Assembly: GCA_012747475.1 (NCBI GenBank)
Contig: GCA_012747475.1_3928.1
Direction: 5' to 3' (one strand)
Length of the DNA stretch: 64,000 bases
From: a phage
Position 1 is the stretch's first letter, and the number at the start of each line of letters is the position of its first letter. Of this stretch, positions 59,887 to 64,000 are shown in pieces. Made by a program: the position numbers and the translations under genes. Below the pieces are notes generated by a model. That model worked only from the letters and a program-made list of their open reading frames with translations. It was not told the DNA's origin and did no database searches.

Positions 59887-60402
59887 ATGTATCTGTCAAA
59901 TCTGAAACGTTCTGCTGCAATGTCAGTGTTAAGACTCAGTTTTGAGGAACGTCAAGAGTTCATTGACTCTCACCAATACGACCCTTCCAACTCCAATTAC
60001 ATGATTCTCTGGAATCGTGAGAGTACTCGTGAAAGAGCATTATTTCGATATTACCCACACTATACCATAGACAACCTATATGAATGCTTTGTTGTGAAGA
60101 ACACCATTACAGTACTCAATAAACTTTGCAGATACACAGGCAGTCAATCCTTCACATTAGGTCACCACAAACCTGTTACAAAAGGTGGTGAACATCACTG
60201 TGCAAACTGGTTTATCCAGACTAAACTTGATAACCAGAAGCAAGGGGATAGTCTTTTAAGTACCCCTAAGATGACCTACGAAGAGCAAGAGAAATATATC
60301 AAAAATAATATGCCAGATGTGCTTGACAACAACTATACAGATTTGGCAATATCTCTCCTGTTGAAGTTCGAGACAGTTTATAGGGCAACTTACAATGGCT
60401 AA
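59887..60402 (+). CDS. HNH-like endonuclease domain protein (putative)
   Basis: GHHKPVTKGGEHHCANW motif suggestive of an HNH nuclease fold. Confidence 0.4.
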   Translation: MYLSNLKRSAAMSVLRLSFEERQEFIDSHQYDPSNSNYMILWNRESTRERALFRYYPHYTIDNLYECFVVKNTITVLNKLCRYTGSQSFTLGHHKPVTKGGEHHCANWFIQTKLDNQKQGDSLLSTPKMTYEEQEKYIKNNMPDVLDNNYTDLAISLLLKFETVYRATYNG

Positions 60403-60673
60403 AGAGAAGTGGGAGATTTTACCATTAGTTAGCGAAGGTGGTAATGGTTGTGAAATGTATATGATACGGGGTCATGTTCCAGAACCAATTGCACTTGAGA
60501 TGGTAAACAACTTTACAGATGGTTCTTACAAAGACTTAGGAGAACCAACTATAAAGCATCAATGGGTCAAGCCTGTACCAGACAGCACAGGTAACTGTAG
60601 TGTGCTTTATCACGTTGTAGACCCCGTGAAATGCAAATCTGCAATGGCAGTAACAAATGTAACTTTTGATTGA
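60395..60673 (+). CDS. hypothetical protein
   Basis: ORF track. Confidence 0.5.
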   Translation: MAKEKWEILPLVSEGGNGCEMYMIRGHVPEPIALEMVNNFTDGSYKDLGEPTIKHQWVKPVPDSTGNCSVLYHVVDPVKCKSAMAVTNVTFD

Positions 60674-61566
60674 GAGAGAAAACTATGAAAACATCTATCC
60701 GTGTTACAGTTCATTCACCAACTAAAGGTACTCATGAAGAAGAGTTTAACATCGTCCAATTCCCTTCTGGTGAGATTGGTGGACACTTTTCGCCAGAGTT
60801 TGTTGATTTTACTGCTTATGCAGCATCATCCATCAACAATGTGATTATGATTGTAAAAGGTTATGACAAGGACACATTGTTTGCTGTGGCACTTGCTAAA
60901 GAAGCAATTGATGATTTAATTCCTCATGATTATGCTTTAAAGACTGTCATCTTTTACTACCTACCGAATGCACGTTATGACCGTCACATGTTTAAAGGTG
61001 ACGCAGCAGCTTTAAAGGTTTTTGCTAAACAAATTAATGCAATGGGGTTTGGTGCAGTCTGTGCAGTTGACCCTCACAGCTATGTACCAGATAACCTGTT
61101 TAACTGCTTCCAGAGTATTCCTCAAAAGGAAATTGCAGTCCACTATGCAAATGACCCACTGATTGATTACTTAGTAGCCCCAGATGCAGGTGCTGCTAAG
61201 AAGATTGCAGAGACTGCTAAAGAGGTGGATAAACCATATATCACAATGTCTAAAGTACGCAACCTTAAGACTGGTGAAATTACTGGTATGCGAATCCTTG
61301 ATGATGTTGATTTGACAGATAAAACCGTCATGATTCTGGATGATATCTGTGATGGTGGTCGAACCTTCATAGAAGCAGCTAAACATCTTCGTGAAGCAGG
61401 TGCAAAACGTGTGGAACTCTATGTAACACACGGTATCTTCTCTAAAGATGTTGAAAACCTTCTTGACAATGGCATTGACCACATCTACACTACAAACTCT
61501 TTAGGGGAAGCTAAAGACCGTGGCTTAACACATTATGGTCAAGTTACTGTAGCAAACCTTGATTGA
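60670..61566 (+). CDS. ribose-phosphate pyrophosphokinase-like protein (PRPP synthetase or ADP-ribose pyrophosphokinase Adps)
   Basis: 298 aa PRPP-synthetase-like sequence (binding-loop-like ILDDICDGGRTF); immediately upstream of a NAMPT-like gene. Confidence 0.75.
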   Translation: MREKTMKTSIRVTVHSPTKGTHEEEFNIVQFPSGEIGGHFSPEFVDFTAYAASSINNVIMIVKGYDKDTLFAVALAKEAIDDLIPHDYALKTVIFYYLPNARYDRHMFKGDAAALKVFAKQINAMGFGAVCAVDPHSYVPDNLFNCFQSIPQKEIAVHYANDPLIDYLVAPDAGAAKKIAETAKEVDKPYITMSKVRNLKTGEITGMRILDDVDLTDKTVMILDDICDGGRTFIEAAKHLREAGAKRVELYVTHGIFSKDVENLLDNGIDHIYTTNSLGEAKDRGLTHYGQVTVANLD

Positions 61567-61575
61567 AACTTTATA

Positions 61576-61596
61576 GGGGCTTAAAAGCCCCATTTT
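61576..61596 (+). terminator. hairpin between the Prs-like and NAMPT-like genes
   Basis: GGGGC-TTAAAA-GCCCC followed by ATTTT. Confidence 0.45.
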
Positions 61597-61611
61597 GAGA
61601 GAGATTAAAAG

Positions 61612-63393
61612 ATGACTAAATCACTTTATGCAGTACCAGCAGGTTTAAACGCAGATGCTTACAAATCTGGTCATGTTTACCAGTACCCTAGTGCAACAGA
61701 GTACTTGATGTTCAACCTGACACCACGTAGTGACAAATGGTTTAACAGCCCCTTAGCAATTGATGGTGTAGTAGCTTTTGGTATTCAACGTTTCGTTAAA
61801 GATTACTTGATAGACCACTGGAACGCCACTTTCTTTGAACGTGATAAAAAAGAAGCCATTGATGAAATCTTAGAAGTCATGAATGGTGTTCTGGGTAAAG
61901 ATGCTATCGGTCGAGAGCATTGGGAAGCACTTCACGACTTAGGTTATCTACCAGTTGAAGTATACGCTGTAGAAGAAGGTACAGTTGTTCCTATGCGTGT
62001 ACCAATGATTGTCTTCCAGAACACTGTTTCAGGTTTCCATTGGGTAGCGGGATATCTGGAAGATGCTTTCTCTGCTGAGATTTGGAAGGCTTGTACCATT
62101 GCAACTATTGCATTGCATTATAAACGCATCTGTAAGAAGTGGGCTGACCTTACTTGCGACAATGACTTACATTTACCTTATCAGTGCCATGACTTTGCTA
62201 TGCGTGGTATGTCCGGCTTTACTGATGACGCATTTAACGCTGTAGGCCACTTAACCAGCTTTAAAGGGACTGATAGCTTCCCTGCTGTATATACAGCTAA
62301 ACGCATCTACGGACAGTCTTACCCAGTCTCTGATATTGGTGGTTCTGTACCAGCCACTGAACACTCTGTAATGTGTGCAAACATTGCTTGGGAAGGTGGT
62401 AATGAGTTGGTTGAAGAAGAAAGACGCTTTAAAGGTGAGTTACAAACCTTCCGTCGTTTCTTAACAGAAACTTACCCAACGGGTATTGCAAGTATTGTTT
62501 CAGATACTTATAACTTCTGGAGAACTGTGTCAGAAATCTTACCAGCACTCCGTAAAGAAATTATGGAACGTGACGGTAAACTGGTGATTCGTCCTGACTC
62601 TGGAGACCCTGTACATATTGTCACAGGTTATAAAGCAATCCACTTAGAGTGTGCTAAAAAGGCTTATTATGAGCACCTAAGCAAGCTGGAAGCCAGTGAC
62701 ACAATGCTGAATGCTGTTCTGAACATGAAGCTTGAAAACATCAGCTATGGTATCGCTGGATGGCTACTGTCAGAAGGCTACGAAATGGTTGTTGATAGAG
62801 AAGACTTTGAAGTTGCTGATACAGTGATGTTGAAGAACGCTTATATGGTTGGTTCTGCAAACGTTGTAACACGCCCTGTAGCAGAGATTGATGGAGCTAT
62901 TAAGACCTTGTATAACATCTTTGGAGGAACTATCAACTCTAAAGGTTTTAAGGTACTGGATGAGCACATTGGACTTATCTATGGTGACTCTATCACGTTG
63001 GAACGTGCAAACGAAATCCTGAAGCGTCTGTATGAAATGGGTTTTGCAAGCTCTAACGTAGTGTTTGGTGTAGGCTCTTACACTTACCAGTACATGACTC
63101 GTGACACCTTTGCATTTGCTGTCAAAGCAACTCTTGCAAGCATTGGTGGTAAAGAGATTATGCTTGCAAAAGACCCTAAAACAGATAGTGGTGTTAAGAA
63201 GTCTGCTTTTGGTGGTGTAGCACCTATGTGGGATGGTGATAAGCTGAAAGCTGTAGATGGACTCGGAATCCAGAGTTTTGCAGATGCACTTGACCATCCA
63301 GCTTGTGCTTTACGTTTAGTCTTTAGCAACTCTGAGCAGTTCGGTTACACATCTCTTGGTGATATTCGAAATAATATTGACAAGCAGCTTTAA
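61612..63393 (+). CDS. nicotinamide phosphoribosyltransferase-like protein (NAMPT or nicotinamide ADP-ribose transferase Namat)
   Basis: 593-aa NAMPT-family-like protein; paired with Prs-like gene. Confidence 0.75.
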   Translation: MTKSLYAVPAGLNADAYKSGHVYQYPSATEYLMFNLTPRSDKWFNSPLAIDGVVAFGIQRFVKDYLIDHWNATFFERDKKEAIDEILEVMNGVLGKDAIGREHWEALHDLGYLPVEVYAVEEGTVVPMRVPMIVFQNTVSGFHWVAGYLEDAFSAEIWKACTIATIALHYKRICKKWADLTCDNDLHLPYQCHDFAMRGMSGFTDDAFNAVGHLTSFKGTDSFPAVYTAKRIYGQSYPVSDIGGSVPATEHSVMCANIAWEGGNELVEEERRFKGELQTFRRFLTETYPTGIASIVSDTYNFWRTVSEILPALRKEIMERDGKLVIRPDSGDPVHIVTGYKAIHLECAKKAYYEHLSKLEASDTMLNAVLNMKLENISYGIAGWLLSEGYEMVVDREDFEVADTVMLKNAYMVGSANVVTRPVAEIDGAIKTLYNIFGGTINSKGFKVLDEHIGLIYGDSITLERANEILKRLYEMGFASSNVVFGVGSYTYQYMTRDTFAFAVKATLASIGGKEIMLAKDPKTDSGVKKSAFGGVAPMWDGDKLKAVDGLGIQSFADALDHPACALRLVFSNSEQFGYTSLGDIRNNIDKQL

Positions 63394-63407
63394 AAGTATA
63401 TGATAAG

Positions 63408-63430
63408 AGGCTCCTACGGGAGCCTTTTTA
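63408..63430 (+). terminator. rho-independent terminator
   Basis: AGGCTCC-TACG-GGAGCCT followed by TTTTT. Confidence 0.6.
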
Positions 63431-63443
63431 ATTTCTGGAGAAG

Positions 63444-63791
63444 ATGATGGATAACCTTTCTATATGGTTTAACAAGAAACCTGTGCAACCGAAATACTTA
63501 CAAGTTGCCTATACAGACATCCTTGAAGTTCTCGGTAAAGAAAAGTTTGAAAAGTTTTGTGAAGGTATCTACAATCACCACTGCCAATTTGCTACAAAAG
63601 AAGGTATGTTTATCATAGAACAGTTCTTTGGCAGAGACCCAGATGACTACGAAGAGATTAGCTTTGTAATGAAATACATGATAGAGTATATTGAAAATCG
63701 TGGATTCGAAGTTAATCCTGAATTTTATGAACATGAGGGTGTACCTTTAGCAAAAGGTTTCGATGGCATACTCATTAACTGGACTTGGTGA
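63444..63791 (+). CDS. hypothetical protein
   Basis: ORF track. Confidence 0.5.
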   Translation: MMDNLSIWFNKKPVQPKYLQVAYTDILEVLGKEKFEKFCEGIYNHHCQFATKEGMFIIEQFFGRDPDDYEEISFVMKYMIEYIENRGFEVNPEFYEHEGVPLAKGFDGILINWTW

Positions 63792-63796
63792 AAACT

Positions 63797-64000
63797 ATGA
63801 AAATCAAAGAGATGAACATCAACATTATCTTAGAAGAACGTTGGGAGAACATTAAGAAACCTGAAGATGGTAAAAAGTTCCTTAACAAAATTTTAGTAGC
63901 AGCTAAAGAAGAACTGACTGGCAAGATTGCAGCAGCAATCACAATAAAAGTTTGTGTAAAAGGTCTTCCAGACCACCACCAATTTGCACTTGACGAGTTT
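63797..64000 (+). CDS. hypothetical protein (partial, runs off right window edge)
   Basis: ATG at 63797, frame open to end of window (MKIKEMNINIILEERWENIKK...). Confidence 0.4.
   Translation, partial: MKIKEMNINIILEERWENIKKPEDGKKFLNKILVAAKEELTGKIAAAITIKVCVKGLPDHHQFALDEF

Overview
This window reads as a contiguous segment of a virulent tailed-phage genome (about 40% GC; no integrase, transposase, rRNA or CRISPR array seen). Left to right: (1) a short early region with a Ro60/Rsr-like TROVE+vWA protein gene (1467-2882); (2) a roughly 5.4 kb tRNA mega-cluster (3048-8415) of about 27 tRNA genes whose anticodons appear to cover all 20 amino acids, interspersed with an HNH endonuclease gene, a membrane-protein gene, a family of conserved stem-flanked intergenic elements, and one element whose T-arm, acceptor helix and D-arm sit in permuted order inside a terminal helix, as in bacterial YrlA/Y RNAs; (3) a plus-strand morphogenesis module (8.6-32.6 kb) with large terminase, portal, S49-type prohead protease/scaffold, decoration-like and major capsid proteins, a contractile-tail/baseplate set, tape measure and two His-rich tail fibers; (4) a minus-strand early/replication block (32.6-42.3 kb) with thymidylate synthase, DHFR, small zinc-ribbon proteins, an HTH regulator, a lipoprotein, ATP-dependent DNA ligase and a family A DNA polymerase; (5) a plus-strand replication/nucleotide-metabolism block (42.5-64 kb) with dNMP kinase-like protein, T7 gp4-like primase-helicase, SSB-like protein, FEN-like exonuclease, GIY-YIG and HNH nucleases, aerobic (NrdAB + glutaredoxin) and anaerobic (NrdDG) ribonucleotide reductases, and an adjacent PRPP-synthetase-like / NAMPT-like gene pair. 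The two most interesting candidates are the Ro60-like protein with a YrlA-like permuted tRNA-like RNA inside the tRNA cluster, and the Prs-like + NAMPT-like pair, which resembles a two-gene phage NAD+ reconstitution (anti-defence) pathway. All calls come from reading the sequence and the ORF translations by eye; no searches or folding programs were run, and tRNA boundaries and anticodons were parsed manually, so they should be confirmed computationally.
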